The notes under the pieces: model-generated
Databases searched by the model: none
What the model saw: the letters and a program-made list of their open reading frames with translations, nothing else
What the model was told of the DNA's origin: nothing
Shown: piece by piece, positions 51,264-63,344 of the stretch
Layout: each line of letters starts with the position of its first letter
Position numbering within the stretch: the first letter of the stretch is position 1
Made by a program: the position numbers and the translations under genes
DNA from: Squalus acanthias
Lineage: Eukaryota
Length of the DNA stretch: 64,000 nt
Direction of reading: 5' to 3'
NCBI GenBank assembly: GCA_030390025.1
Contig: CM059431.1
Span: 105,402,001-105,466,000 of the forward strand

Positions 51264-51987
51264 GGGCCAGAAATTTGGCTCTCCGGCTTCCTGCAGGTGC
51301 AAGCATCGCGCGCGTACTTACCTACCGCGCCTGCCGTTGTGCTTCGGGCCCACGAGGACTTCGGGTCCTGGGCCTCCTCCAGCTGCCGGCGCGCAGTGCT
51401 TGCATATCCCAGGGGCGCAGTTAGTTCGAAGCGTCCCCTGGGATCACGTGGGCCATGGAGAGCCAATCCTAGCAGGGCATTTTCATTCATAGATTTGACA
51501 GGAAGACCTGTCAAATCTATGAATAGAGATCGGCCCCAAAACCACACTTAAAATTCAAATAAATCACATTAACTACTTTAAACAAAAATTTAAATCTTTG
51601 AAAAAATTAATTATACATTTTAACGGTGCTAAAAATAAACTTACCTTTCTTTAAAGTATCTAAAAAAGATAAACCTGTTGAAAAATGTTTTAAATTGTAA
51701 TTAATTAACCACTTACCTTGTTAAAAACAGGCCTTGGCGCCTCCTTTTTAAAAGCACAGCTTCTTCATACTTACCTTCCCGGAGAAACCTGAAAAAAAAC
51801 CTGAAGTTCGCTGCGTGCGCGCAGCCTCTCCTGCGCACGCGGTTCACCTCTGAACCCCTCCCTTCAGGGGAACGGAAGTTCCGGTTTCCCGCGCATGCGC
51901 AGTGCATGCAGGAAACCAACACTTCAGGTGGTCTTATGGGTGAGTACACAGCGCGAACTCACCCGACAACAGCCGAATTTCTGGCCC
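51264..51987. mobile_element. Harbinger-type MITE
   Basis: 17-bp near-perfect TIRs gggccagaaatttggct / agccgaatttctggccc; flanks att/aat. Confidence 0.85.
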
Positions 51988-52069
51988 AATGTGTGTACAC
52001 GTGATCTGAAAGTACTTTACCTCTGTCACTACTGCCTCATCATAGTCCTTTAAAAAAAAACACAATTGA

Positions 52070-52610
52070 GGCATTTCTCTTGCGCCTTTCACAACCTCAG
52101 GATGCCCCAAAGCACTTTACAGCCAATGAAGTACTTTTAAAGGGTAGTCACTGTTGTAATGCAGCCAACTTGTGCACAGCAAGCTCCCACAAACAGCAAT
52201 GTGATAAATGACCAGTTAATGTGTTTCAGTGATGTCGGTTGAGGGATAAATACTGGCCCCAGCACACCGGGGGAGAACACCCCTGCTCTTCTTTGAGTAG
52301 TGCAATGGAATCTTTTCCATCCACTTGAGAGGGCAGATGGGAGTCTCGGTGTGAAAAAAGAAAAAGACTTATAGCGCCTTTCACAACCTCAGGATGTCCC
52401 AAAGCGCTTTAAAGCCAATGAAGTATTTTTTTTTAAAGTGGATTCACTGTTGTAATGTAGGAAACATATCAACTGCATCTACAACAGTGCAGCACTCCCT
52501 CAGCACTGCACTGGGAGCCTCAGCCTAGATGTTGTGCTGAAGTCTCTGGAGCGGAACTTGAACCCATGATCTTCTGACTCGGAGGCGAGAGTGCCACCCA
52601 CTGAGCCACG
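52070..52610 (-). mobile_element. Nested or rearranged SacSINE1-type SINE pieces
   Basis: Two 3' tails and one tRNA head. Confidence 0.78.
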
Positions 52611-52847
52611 GCCGAGGAAGATGATTTCCTTTGCGCAATCAGTGCCGCTAAATCGTAAATACAATTCCAAAGGATGCATTTGAGGTAAATTTTCTGAGGT
52701 CCAACGCAACTGGCAGGGCCTTGTAGGCGGGCAGTGCTTATACGCGGGCACACGACCATGCTTTTTCATTCATTCATTGCAAAGTACGGAAAACCATGAG
52801 CAGTGTATCTGCGATGATCTGATGTGCTCTCGTTGCATGCAAGGACA

Positions 52848-53200
52848 CCTCACCCCTCCCTATCTCTGTAACCTCTTCCATACCTACAACCCTCAGAGAT
52901 CTCTGCTCTCCTCCAACTCTGGCCTCTTGAGCATCCCCAATTTTAATCGCCCCACCATTGGCGGTTGTGCCTTCAGCTGCCTGGGCCCCGAGCTCTGGAA
53001 TTCCCTCCCTAAACCTCTCTGCCTCTCTCTCCTCCTTTAAGAAGCTCCTTAAAACCTATCTCTTTGCCCAAGCTTTTGGTCACCTGCCCTAATATCTTCT
53101 TATGTGGCTCGGTGTCAAAATGTTGTCTGCTAACGCTCCGATGAAGCGCCTTGGGACATTTTACTGTGTTAAAGGCACTATATAAATGCAAGTTGTTGTT
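52848..53200 (+). mobile_element. L2 3' fragment
   Basis: Same family as 1-404. Confidence 0.88.
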
Positions 53201-53542
53201 GTGAATTTTACCATTTACAATTTTGCTGCAATAAGCAACAGAGGAAATGTTCCTCCCAGATGCAAGTGTGACTTAAACTTGCAACTATTTCCATTGAATA
53301 TTTTCAGTTAAACAGCGATCCACTGAACCAACTTGCTTGGAGGAGTTATTGAGCTTGACAACATGAGAGAGCAGGATAAGGGCAGAGGTATCTCCTTTAG
53401 CTTAGGGTGCAAAATTGATCATGTCATTTCAGCTACACGTGTTAATTTATCTCCCCGCATCTCACAAACATCTCCCAGCCAGTTTCTTTCTCAATGAGGT
53501 CCTCAATACCCACTATTAGAACAAAAGAATACAGTGGGATTT

Positions 53543-53850
53543 GTCAGCTGTGGCTCAGTGGGTAGCACCCTCGCCTCTGAGTCAGAAGGTTGTGGGTTCA
53601 TAGTCCCGCTCCAGGGGCTTGAGCACATAAAGCTAGGCTGACACTCCAGTGCAGTGCTGAGGGAAGTGCCGTCTCTCCGATGAGACGTTAAACCGAGGTC
53701 TCTCAGGTGGACGTAAAAGATCCCACAGCACTATTTCGAAGAAGAGCAGGGGAGTTCTCCCCAGAAATAACAACAGAAAATGCTGGAAACACTCAGCAGG
53801 TCAGGCAGCATCGAGGAGAGAGAAACAGAGTCAGTGTTTTGGGTCGAGGA
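53543..53850 (+). mobile_element. SINE 5' half fused to an antisense Penelope-type terminal fragment (53763-53850)
   Basis: tRNA head, then gaaataacaacagaaaatgctggaaacactcagcagg. Confidence 0.78.
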
Positions 53851-53904
53851 GGAGCTTTTACACATTTTTTTCTGACCGCACAATACACAATTTGAAGTGC
53901 AAGT

Positions 53905-54355
53905 AACAACACCAACAACTTGTATTTATATAGCGCCTTTGGTAAAATGTCCCAAGGCGCTGCACACGAGTGTTAGCAAACAAAATTTAATACCGAGTCG
54001 CATAAAGAGATATTAGTACAGGTGGTCAAGAGTTACGATTTAAGGAGCATCTTAAAGTAGGAACATAAGAACATAAGAACATAGGAGCAGGAGTAGACCA
54101 TTCGGCCCTTCGAGCCTGCCCCGCCATTCAATGAGATCATGGCTGATCTTCTGCCTCAGGAAAGAGAGGCGGAGAGGTTTAGGGAGGGAATTCCAGAGCT
54201 TAGGGCCCAGGCAGCTGAAGGCACAGCCACCAGTGGAGGGGCGAAAGAAATTGGGGATGCACAGGAGGCCAGAGGAAAGCACAGAGTTCTTGAAAGGTTG
54301 GAGGAGTCTATAGAGACAGGGAGGGAAGAGGACATGGAGCGATTTGAACAAGTAA
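53905..54355 (-). mobile_element. L2 3' fragment with a CR1 tail insertion (about 54058-54152)
   Basis: L2 tail and (aacataag)n CR1 tail. Confidence 0.82.
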
Positions 54356-54967
54356 GAATTTGGATCCTTTGCTCTGGACTAGTTTGAAGTAAATTTCTCT
54401 ATTTTTTGGGGGGAGATTTATAATTCAGCACATAGCATTCCACGAGTTAGTTATGCATTATGAATGATCCCTAAAAGCAGTTACTGACTTCCCAATACTG
54501 TTGACAAGGCACATAGTTGCTATGTGTGTGCAGTAATGGCCCCGTTGCCATGATGTTTTGAATGCTACTGGTAGTAACAGTTTGTACTTATCTGCAGCTG
54601 AAGGGAAGTGCTGTGTGTGAGTAAACAATGCAGATGTTTAAGTAGATTTCATGTAAGTACAAGTGTACTTCATGTTCTATAGCAGGAGCGTTGGGCTCCT
54701 TTTTATTGAAGCAGGTTCCCTGTGGATGTGCTTCACTGCTCTTGGGTAGAAGAGGTCATCCACTGAGCTCATTCACCATTGTCTGGAAAACAAACAAACA
54801 AACGGGTTCCTGTTAAATATTTAGTATATTTCAGGCACCACTGTGTTCAGCTGCGAAACACTTGCGCATCATGGCACATCGCTATATGTGAATACTTTCT
54901 GACCTCCCGGTTTCTGCCAAAAATAGGATTGTGTTGGTGTGATTGGAGATCCTGAGACAAACACAGT

Positions 54968-54980
54968 GGCCTTGATATTA

Positions 54981-55011
<31 letters not shown>

Positions 55012-55735
55012 CCATCATGGGAGGGAGACGGTCGGGGGGTTAATAATGTAAAAACCGGGATGCACCCAACCCTGCGGTTTTTATGGTGGGTTTTATGCCG
55101 CCCGAGTATCCCGTGGAGAGGCGGGACACTTCATTAAAACATCTAAATCAGCTTCCCACCGTACAATTGGGAGCCTGATTTAAATGTTACTGCCACCGCG
55201 CGGGTTTCCCAGGGTTCGGGAAACCCGGCAGTGAAAGGGTGGCGGGAGCTGCAGGCTCCACAAGGTAAGTTCCCTTAAGAGCTCTCCTTGTGGGCCAGGA
55301 AGAGCAGGAGTGTTCCCCCCGCCCTCACCCCGCACCCCTCAAGGAAGCCTTTGGCCTCCTCTCTGTCAATCACAGCTGATTACAACCACCCCACACCCCG
55401 CCCCCAAGCCCTGATCGCCGACCTATCCCCTTCTGCGATGGCCTCTCCTCCCCCAAGCACCGATCATTGACCTTTACCCACCCCCCACAAGCTCCGATCA
55501 CTGACCTTTCCCCACCCGAAGCTCGATCGCCGACCTCTCCACACCTTGATCGCAGCCTCCCCACCGCACCCCCTCCTCCCACAACAAGCTCCAAAGACCA
55601 ACCTTCCTTCCCCCCTCCCGATTGCCGCGGACCATCCCCAAGGGTCCCCAGCTGCGACCTCCTGCCGTTGGTTTTCCCGTCTGGCAGCTAACCAGGCTGA
55701 CATTTTGGCTGGCTGCCGGGCGGGCGGGAAACGGA
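54968..55735. mobile_element. MITE-like element (family C) with a C29 run
   Basis: Terminus ggccttgatattagccc; shared interior with 61410-61907 (reverse). Confidence 0.65.
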
Positions 55736-56518
55736 AGAATAAATATAACAGTGCAATCCTGCTGTTGAACTCTATTGGTCATAAAGGGCAGAGACAGCAG
55801 GCAAAACAAAGGGGTTGAATGAGGTTTGCAGGGATAGGGAGGGACAAGGCCCTGGAGCAATCGGTGTGAGATGACTTACAATTCTCACACCAAGGTCACC
55901 TGTTCCGAGTGGACGTACAGAGGACCTGACATCGTTCTGATGATCCAATCATTCTTAGCACAAGGGACAAAACTGCAATTTTGAAACTGCAACAGTTGCT
56001 CATTTTTTTGCGAAAGTTTGACATTGCGGGGGTTTATGCAATGCCCACATATTGGAGAATGTCACATAATCGCTCAACTTAAACATTCAAAAAGTGATTT
56101 TCAGCCCATCAGTCTGAATTCCATTCAAAGCCAGGTTCCAAAGATGAAAGGATGGTGTTCATCCCACTCCACACTTGATCCCTTGACAAGTCCAGGTTGT
56201 ATATTCTCTTTTATGTACCAATTTTATGTAATAGGATTATGCATGATGTTAACGTTAATAGTTTTTGAAACATATTCCAATTAATTGAATTGGCAAGTTT
56301 ATTGCAGGGTCACATTTGGAAAAGACATGGTGTAATTTAATTCATTGAAATAGTTAATTCACAGCATTATAATTAACTAGCAGTGTTGAGCCTGTCAGGT
56401 CAATCCATTATAGCATGCTTCATCAAAAACATAATTCATTAACGTATTCTTATGTCGTATTATTTTCAATCATTGGATTAATACCTTATTAGTAATAAAC
56501 ACATTGCTTTCTTATTAA

Positions 56519-56987
56519 AAAAAGAAAGACTTGCATTTATACAGCGCCTTTCACAACCACTGGACGTCTCAAAGCGCTTTACAGTCAATGAAGTACTTTT
56601 GGAGTGTAGTCACTGTTATAATGTAGGAAAAGCGGGAGCCAATTTGCGCACAGCAAGCTCCCACAAACAGCAATGTGATAATGACCAGATAATCTGTTTT
56701 TGTGATGTTGCTTGAGGGATAAATATTGGCCAGGACACCGGGGATAACTCCCCTGCTCTTCTTCGAAATAGTGCCATGAGATCTTTTACATCCACCTGAG
56801 AGAGCAGACGGGACCTCGGTTTAACATCTCATCCGAAAGATGGCATCTCCTGACAGTGCAACACTCCCTCAGCACTGCACTGGAGTGTCAGGCTAGCTTT
56901 ATGTGCGCAAGTCTCTGAAGTGGGACTTGAACCCACAACCTTCTGACTCAGAGGCGAGTGTGCTGCCCACTGAGCCACAGCTGACAC
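56519..56987 (-). mobile_element. Full-length SacSINE1-type SINE
   Basis: Complete head, body and tail. Confidence 0.9.
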
Positions 56988-57393
56988 TGTAAGTAAAGGC
57001 CGCTGTGATTGTAATGAATTGAACCGAGTGAAGAAAAGCAAGGCTGGGACAATTCTGGAACTCTCAATGGATCTCAGAGCCCCTCTGCAGCAGTGTGCTC
57101 GGAACATCCTTATCATTCCAATGTGTGTGCTCGAGTTATGCTAATTTTCTATGCTGGGTTTTTCTCTACAAACATTTATTTCCTAAGTGTGCTAAAAAAA
57201 AACTGGTGTTACAACACCTAAAGGCCATGGTAACAGTAACAGTGTGGCAGTGAACCATTCATAGAATCAATAAACGCTGATTGTTCATGCAGAATGGATT
57301 CTTCATGCAAATTGATTTACACAAGGCAAGATCCAAGAGGAAACGGCCTGCGCTTGAAGGAGGGTAAATTCAAAACTCAACTGCAGAAACACT

Positions 57394-58148
57394 GGGCCTG
57401 AAATCACGGTGCTTCGAACAACGAACGCACAGTCCTCAGAATGGCTCCGTAAGTTCCGGGATTCCGCCTGCGCTGCGCATGCGCGAAAACCCGGAACTCG
57501 CGATCTGTCAAGTTTCGCTTGGACAGATCCACCGTGCCCGCTACAAAATCACTTTCGCCGGCGCAGGGCGGGGCTATTTGCCCAGCGAATGCCCACCAAA
57601 CCCTCACGCCCAGTAAAAGCAGGCGTAAGGCCTTTTTTTTTATCAGCGTTAGGGTTAAATTAAATGTTAAAATAAAATTTTTAAGTGATTTAAACATGCA
57701 CACACATTTAAAATTAGTTTAGGTAAATTTTGGTCCATTTTAAAATGTTTAAATTTATTTTTCAAAAAATTAAATTTTTATTTTAAATGCTTAATTTAAG
57801 GGTCTTTAATTAATTTTGAACATGGGAATATTTATTTTTTATTTCAGTGGTGTGAATTCTTACTTATTTGGTGATTTCTATTATGCTTATGGGGATTCCG
57901 TACGTAAATGGCATCTCCATAAGCAGAATGGGAATCCCCCTTTTTGACTGGCTGGCCTGGCTCATGCGTTCCCAGGGACACTTGCGAACTGCCTGCGCCC
58001 CTGGGATCTGTGGGCCTTTACGCAGGCGTACGCCTGCAGGCCCAGGACCCGAAGAGTCTGAAGCTCCAGAGGCACCAGGTAAGTTCAATTTTTTTTTCGG
58101 TTCAGATACGTATTCTTCTGGTACGCCTCTGACCGCAAATTCAGGGCC
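57394..58148. mobile_element. Harbinger-type MITE (family B)
   Basis: TIRs gggcctgaaatc / aaattcagggcc; colinear with 8166-8879. Confidence 0.82.
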
Positions 58149-58657
58149 ATTATTTCAGTGAGCGAGCGGTCATTCTATGGAACAGGCTCCCTAGGGAGAC
58201 GGTGGATGCTGATAGTGTTGATTCATTCAATTGCAAATTAAATACATTTCTTTCTGAAAATAATATTTTGGGATACAGTATACGAGCAATTTGAGACGTG
58301 ACATGTGGGGAGTTTAGCAAGCTTGGGAGGATCAGGTGACCACGGACCTATGGTTCCCAAAGCCCTCCAAAACTGAAGGTTTTCCTCGCCTCATGTCTGG
58401 GTCTGTTGTAGACTAATTGATAGAGATTGATTGTTATGATTAGTCAACAACTCCATTATCATTGTATCTTGTGACTGCCAGGATGGTAGAAGGCAAACTA
58501 GACTCAGGATGGTCTTTGTTCATCTAGCAATTCCTTTGTTCCTATTAGAGGGACTCTGTTAGTTAGATGCTCTTTTGAGAGGAAAGACTTAAGTATTTCA
58601 GTGCAGATTTCCTCTCTGATAAACTGTAATAGATCTGTATTTAGCTTCATCAACCTA

Positions 58658-59015
58658 CTACCCTCCCTCAGCTGATGAATCAGTGCTCCCCCATGTTAAA
58701 CACCACTTGGAAGAAGCACTGAGAGTAGTAAGGGCACAGAATGTACTCTGGGTGGGGGACTTCAATGTCCGTCCCCAAGACTGGCTCAGTAGCACCACTA
58801 CTGACCGAACTGGTCGAGTCCTGAAGGACATAGATGCCAGGCTGGGCCTGCGACAGGTGGTGAGAGAACCAACACGAGGAAAAAACCTACTTGACCTCGT
58901 CCTCACCAATCCACCCGTTGCAGATGCATCTGTCCATGACAGCATTGGTAGCAGTTACCACCGCACAGTCATTGTGGAGACTGAGTCCCATCTTCACACT
59001 GAGGGCACCCTCCAT
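58658..59015 (+). pseudogene. LINE APE endonuclease fragment
   Basis: ORF 58683..59126 with motifs WVGDFNV, PTRGKNLLDLVLTN and SSYH (degenerate SDH). Confidence 0.85.
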
Positions 59016-59679
59016 CCTGCAACATTCTGCTGTGTGCCAGCCAGAGCACTCCACACCTTCAGTGGAAGTGGCTGCGAGGAGCCCACATATACTGTGCCAC
59101 GAATATTGCATCTAATCAGCACTTGAGTGCTAAACCTGCAGGTTTCCGGTTTAGCACCTCCAGGCAAGTTCAAATTATGGTAATCAGCAATTAGGACCAA
59201 TATTGCGTGCTAAAACCAGACTTTCAAACAGGCGTGTCTAATTAGCACTGTACCCACTTAACGTCTGTTTTCACCCTTTGGCCAAAATCACCCCCACAAT
59301 GTTTTCTGAGGCATAGCATTGATTCGCTGTGTTTAGACTGCAGCTTTCACAGTGCTGTGTTACTACAAGACTACCTCTTTGCTGAGTTCTCAGTATATCA
59401 ATCAAAGGAAGTGTGGCAATGGCACCAGGGTGCCCACAGTAGACTTTTGTCGCCATATTAAGGAAGACAGTAGCACACTGACAGACTAACAGGGGGGATG
59501 ACACAGAATAATCTTCAGCTAACAGCCAGGTGGCAGTCGCTTCTCCTTCCAAAGATCTGCCTCCTCTTGAATAGGCAAGACAAAATGAGCCACGGCTGTA
59601 GCTGTGGAATATTGGCACACAGGTCTGCGATGACGTAAATAATCATTGACCACCTGCATGTTAATAGAGGGGAAGTTTT

Positions 59680-60410
59680 GGAATCCTTATCTGAGAAAGG
59701 ACATGCATGCTTTAGAGAGACGGTGCAACGAAGGTTCACTAGATTGATCCCTGGGATGAGAGGGTTGTCCTATGAAGAGCGATTGAGCCTATACTCTCTG
59801 GAGTTTAGAAGAATGAGGGGAGATCTCATTGAAACATAAGGGGACTTCCTATCGCAGACCTTCCTTTTTGTTCTTTCCTCCCCTCCCCTCTTTCCCTGCC
59901 CCTGCACTTGCTTAAAATCTGTTACATATCTACTTTTTCCAGTTCTGACGAAAGGTCATCGACCTGAAACGTTAACTCTGTTTCTCTCTCCACAGATGCT
60001 GCCTGACCTGCTGAGTATTTCCATCATTTTCTGTTTTTATTTAAGATTCTGAAGGGGATTGACAGGATAGATGCTGAGAGCTTGTTTCCCCTGGCTGAAG
60101 AGTCTAGAACTAGGGGGAACAGTCTCAGGATAAGGGGTCGGCCATTTAGGACTGAGATAAGGAGGAATTTCTTCACTCAGAGGGTTGTGAATCTTTGGAA
60201 TTCTCTGCCCCAAAGGGCTGTAGAAGCTGAGTCATTGAGTATATTCAAGGCTGAGATCGATAGATTTTTGGACTCTAGGGGAATCAAGGGATATGGGGAT
60301 CGGGCGGGCAAGTGGAGTTGAGGTCGATGATCAGCCATGATCTTATTGAATGGCGGAGCAGGCTCGAGGGGCCGAATGGCCGAGTCCTGCTCCTAATTCT
60401 TCTGTTCTTA
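59680..60410 (+). mobile_element. CR1 3' fragment interrupted by a Penelope-type terminus (about 59840-60041)
   Basis: CR1 breaks at gaaacataag and resumes at taagattctgaag. Confidence 0.85.
59941..59977 (+). ncRNA. Minimal type I hammerhead ribozyme motif
   Basis: agtt-CTGACGA-a-aggtc(atc)gacct-GAAA-cgt-T-aact. Confidence 0.65.
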
Positions 60411-60719
60411 TGAATTGTGCCCAAAGTAAGTTTGTGAATGGGGTAAATGGACACAGTGGATAGTATCATCGATATTAAGGTAGCTATAAATGGAGAATAT
60501 ATAATTTGGTTGAGATTGTTATTTTTAAAAAATCTGCTATAAATGTGGGTTTTCCTGAAGAGGCAATGGTGGGTTGAGAAACTAGAGTGATCGATGAAAA
60601 CGGTAATTCTGGATGAAGCCTGAAAGGGGCTAATGAAACTACTGCCGCATTCACTGACATTAGTATCACCTAAGATTGCAAATGCTCTTTTAACTCCTTG
60701 TCAACATAATAAAGCATAT

Positions 60720-61153
60720 AGGCCTGGACTAATGATCGGGAGACATGAGTTCAAATCCCACCACGGCAGCTGGGGAATTTAAATTCCGTGAATTAAATTA
60801 ATCTGGAATTTTTTTTAAATGCTCGCATCAGTAATGGTGACCATGAAACTTCCAGATTATCGTAAAAACCCATCTGGTTCACTAATGTCCTCTAGGGAAG
60901 GAAATCTGCCGCCCTCACCCGGTCTGGCCTATATGTGGCTCCAGACTATAGCAATGTGGTTGACTCTTAACTGCCCTCTGAAATGGCCCAGCAAGCTAAT
61001 CAGTTGTATACTCACTGTGGGAGCACCTTCACCTCACAGACTGCAGCAGTTCAAGAAGGTGGCTCACCACCACCTTCTCAAGAGCAATTAGGGATGGGCA
61101 ATAGATGCTGGGCCTTGCCAGTGACATCGACATCCCAGAAACAAATAAAAAAA
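60720..61153 (+). mobile_element. tRNA-derived SINE sharing its 3' tail with LINE family B
   Basis: B box gagttcaaatccc; 3' about 140 bp match 6665-6805. Confidence 0.8.
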
Positions 61154-61409
61154 AATTGCTTTACTAAATCTAAATATGCAAAAACAGTACAGATTGGATT
61201 AGTCAAGAATCCTATGTGGTGTTCATAAACCATGATGTCTGACTGTCATTCCACGGTACAGTCTTGTTGGAGGAGCAGGGCAAATCGGAGAGCAACTTCC
61301 AATTTCCGCGTTTAACTGTGCATGCGCTGACTCCAGAAGTTGCTGTCCGATTTACTCCATAATAATGGTGATAGCCTCACCGTTAGTCTAAATGCAAAAT
61401 CCGGGCCAT

Positions 61410-61907
61410 CGTTATAATCTGATCTGGATTGTGAAGAGAGGCCGGCTATTGGGTGGGCTGAGGGTGGGTTGGGGGTGGGGGGCAGGGGAAAGAGGCTGGC
61501 GATTGGGGCTAGTGGAGGCCAAAGGCTTCGTTGTGGGGACTGAGGGTGGGGGAGGGGGTGCGTGCTCCTACTCCTCCTGGCCCACAAGGAGTTCTGGGAA
61601 AGGCACCTACCTTCTAGAGCCATTGGCTCCGGCCTCCCTTTCACTTCGGGTTTCCTGAGCCCTGGGAACCCGTGCAGCAACAGTCAATTTTAAAGCGGGC
61701 TCCCAACTGAACTGTGGGAGCCCGATTTAAACATGTTAATGAAGTATCCCGCCTCTCCACCATGGGACACTCAGACGCCCCGATATCCAACGTCGCGGCG
61801 GGCTCGTGTTGGGGAAGCGTTCCTCATATATAACACTTTAACCCACCCCCAACCCTCACCCGCCCATCATTAGGTGGGGGGGGAGGGGGGGGGTTAATAT
61901 CGAGGCC
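61410..61907. mobile_element. MITE-like element (family C), reverse orientation
   Basis: Ends ggggttaatatcgaggcc. Confidence 0.65.
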
Positions 61908-61929
61908 TCAGCCTCAATTCCCAGACTTA

Positions 61930-62881
61930 GGCCGTGATTGTACTAATCTCAGCGGGCAACGGCGGTGGCAGGTCACGGCCCCACTGCCAGCTCCATCCCG
62001 CTCTCTGAAATTAATTTCCCTAGATTGGGCTTGTTAAGCCCGCCCAGCGTGTTTCCCGGCCAATTGGAGGAAGCGGGTTTGGTGACGTCATTTCATGATG
62101 CGTCATCAGCCAGTTTCCTTAAAGGGACCATGTCCAAATTTATTTCGACATTGGTGCTGTCAGTGTTCTACAGCATTGAGGTGCTGCAAACACTGACAAT
62201 CACTGCACATGGGCAGAAGAGACCTCCCCAGGAGATCAACACTGCCTGGTTGCACATTGCACAGGAGGGCAGAAGCAGGGATATGGTCAGGAGGACCTGG
62301 GTGCAGTGCCCCAAACATTTCAATGATCTCAGTAGATCACGAAACGTCAGTACAAAGCCACACTCAACCTCATCCTGCTGTACCTCTCATCACATCCCCA
62401 TCACTCTGCCTTCCCTATCCTACTCCTGCACATCCGTACTCACACCAACTTACCTTGCACCTCCACCCATCCCTCTCTATCTACATTATCACTTCCCCAT
62501 CTCACTAGCCACCCCTCACACTCACCCTCATCCTAGTGCAATCATACCAACTCACAACACACAAGGGTAGGCACTTGAATGTTTTATCCAATGTTCATGA
62601 CGAGGTCTAGGCACAGCGGGAAACCGGTGGGCGACCTGTCAAATCCAAAAAGCTGGCAAAGAAACCATTGAGAAGTGGCTGTAAACAAGCCACTAATGAT
62701 TTTATTTGCCTCCCCCGCCACTGCCTGTCGGGTCTGCTCAGCGCCGGCAGACCCGACATCGGGAAAGTCCAGTGTGCGCGTTTTGATAATGGATTCCCGA
62801 CCCTCCGTCAATCATTTTAAATTTAACAGCTGACCCGCCACGCATCCCGTCCGCTGAGCGCCGGCCGGCAACATTCCGGCC
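61930..62881 (+). mobile_element. Non-autonomous Harbinger with Myb/SANT-like remnant (about 62210-62350)
   Basis: TIRs ggccgtgattgt / acattccggcc; flanks tta/ttg; peptide AWLHIAQEGRSRDMVRRTWVQCPKHFNDLSRS. Confidence 0.72.
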
Positions 62882-63344
62882 TTGGCTGCAGTTCTCATTT
62901 GACCTTCTTCAGATGGTGACCTGTTAATCTCAGCCCAGCTGCCTGGTGCAAAACGGAAGAGTTTTGTGTGAAACTGAAGTGATGGGAAGGAGAGAGGATC
63001 AGCATGTGCTTCACCTTGGGTCACGCCGCAACATTTTCCACCAGCTAGCCAAGAAACTGCATTGGCCGAACTCACAGAGATTTGCACAGAAAATAACTTG
63101 AGCAATAATTCAATTTTTAAGAAAGCGGCTCTAAAAATAACAGTTTTGCTTTTGGCATTGAACAATAATTTGTAGTAATAAAAATAAATTTTATTTTGCA
63201 TTTATATTAAGAGGTAAGAGATAGAATTTGTAGGGCGATGGGGAAAGAGCAGGGGGGAGAGTGGGACTAATTGGACAGCTTCTTTCAAAGAGCCGGCACA
63301 GGCACGGTGGGCCAAATGACCTCCTTCTGCGCTGTATGATTCCA

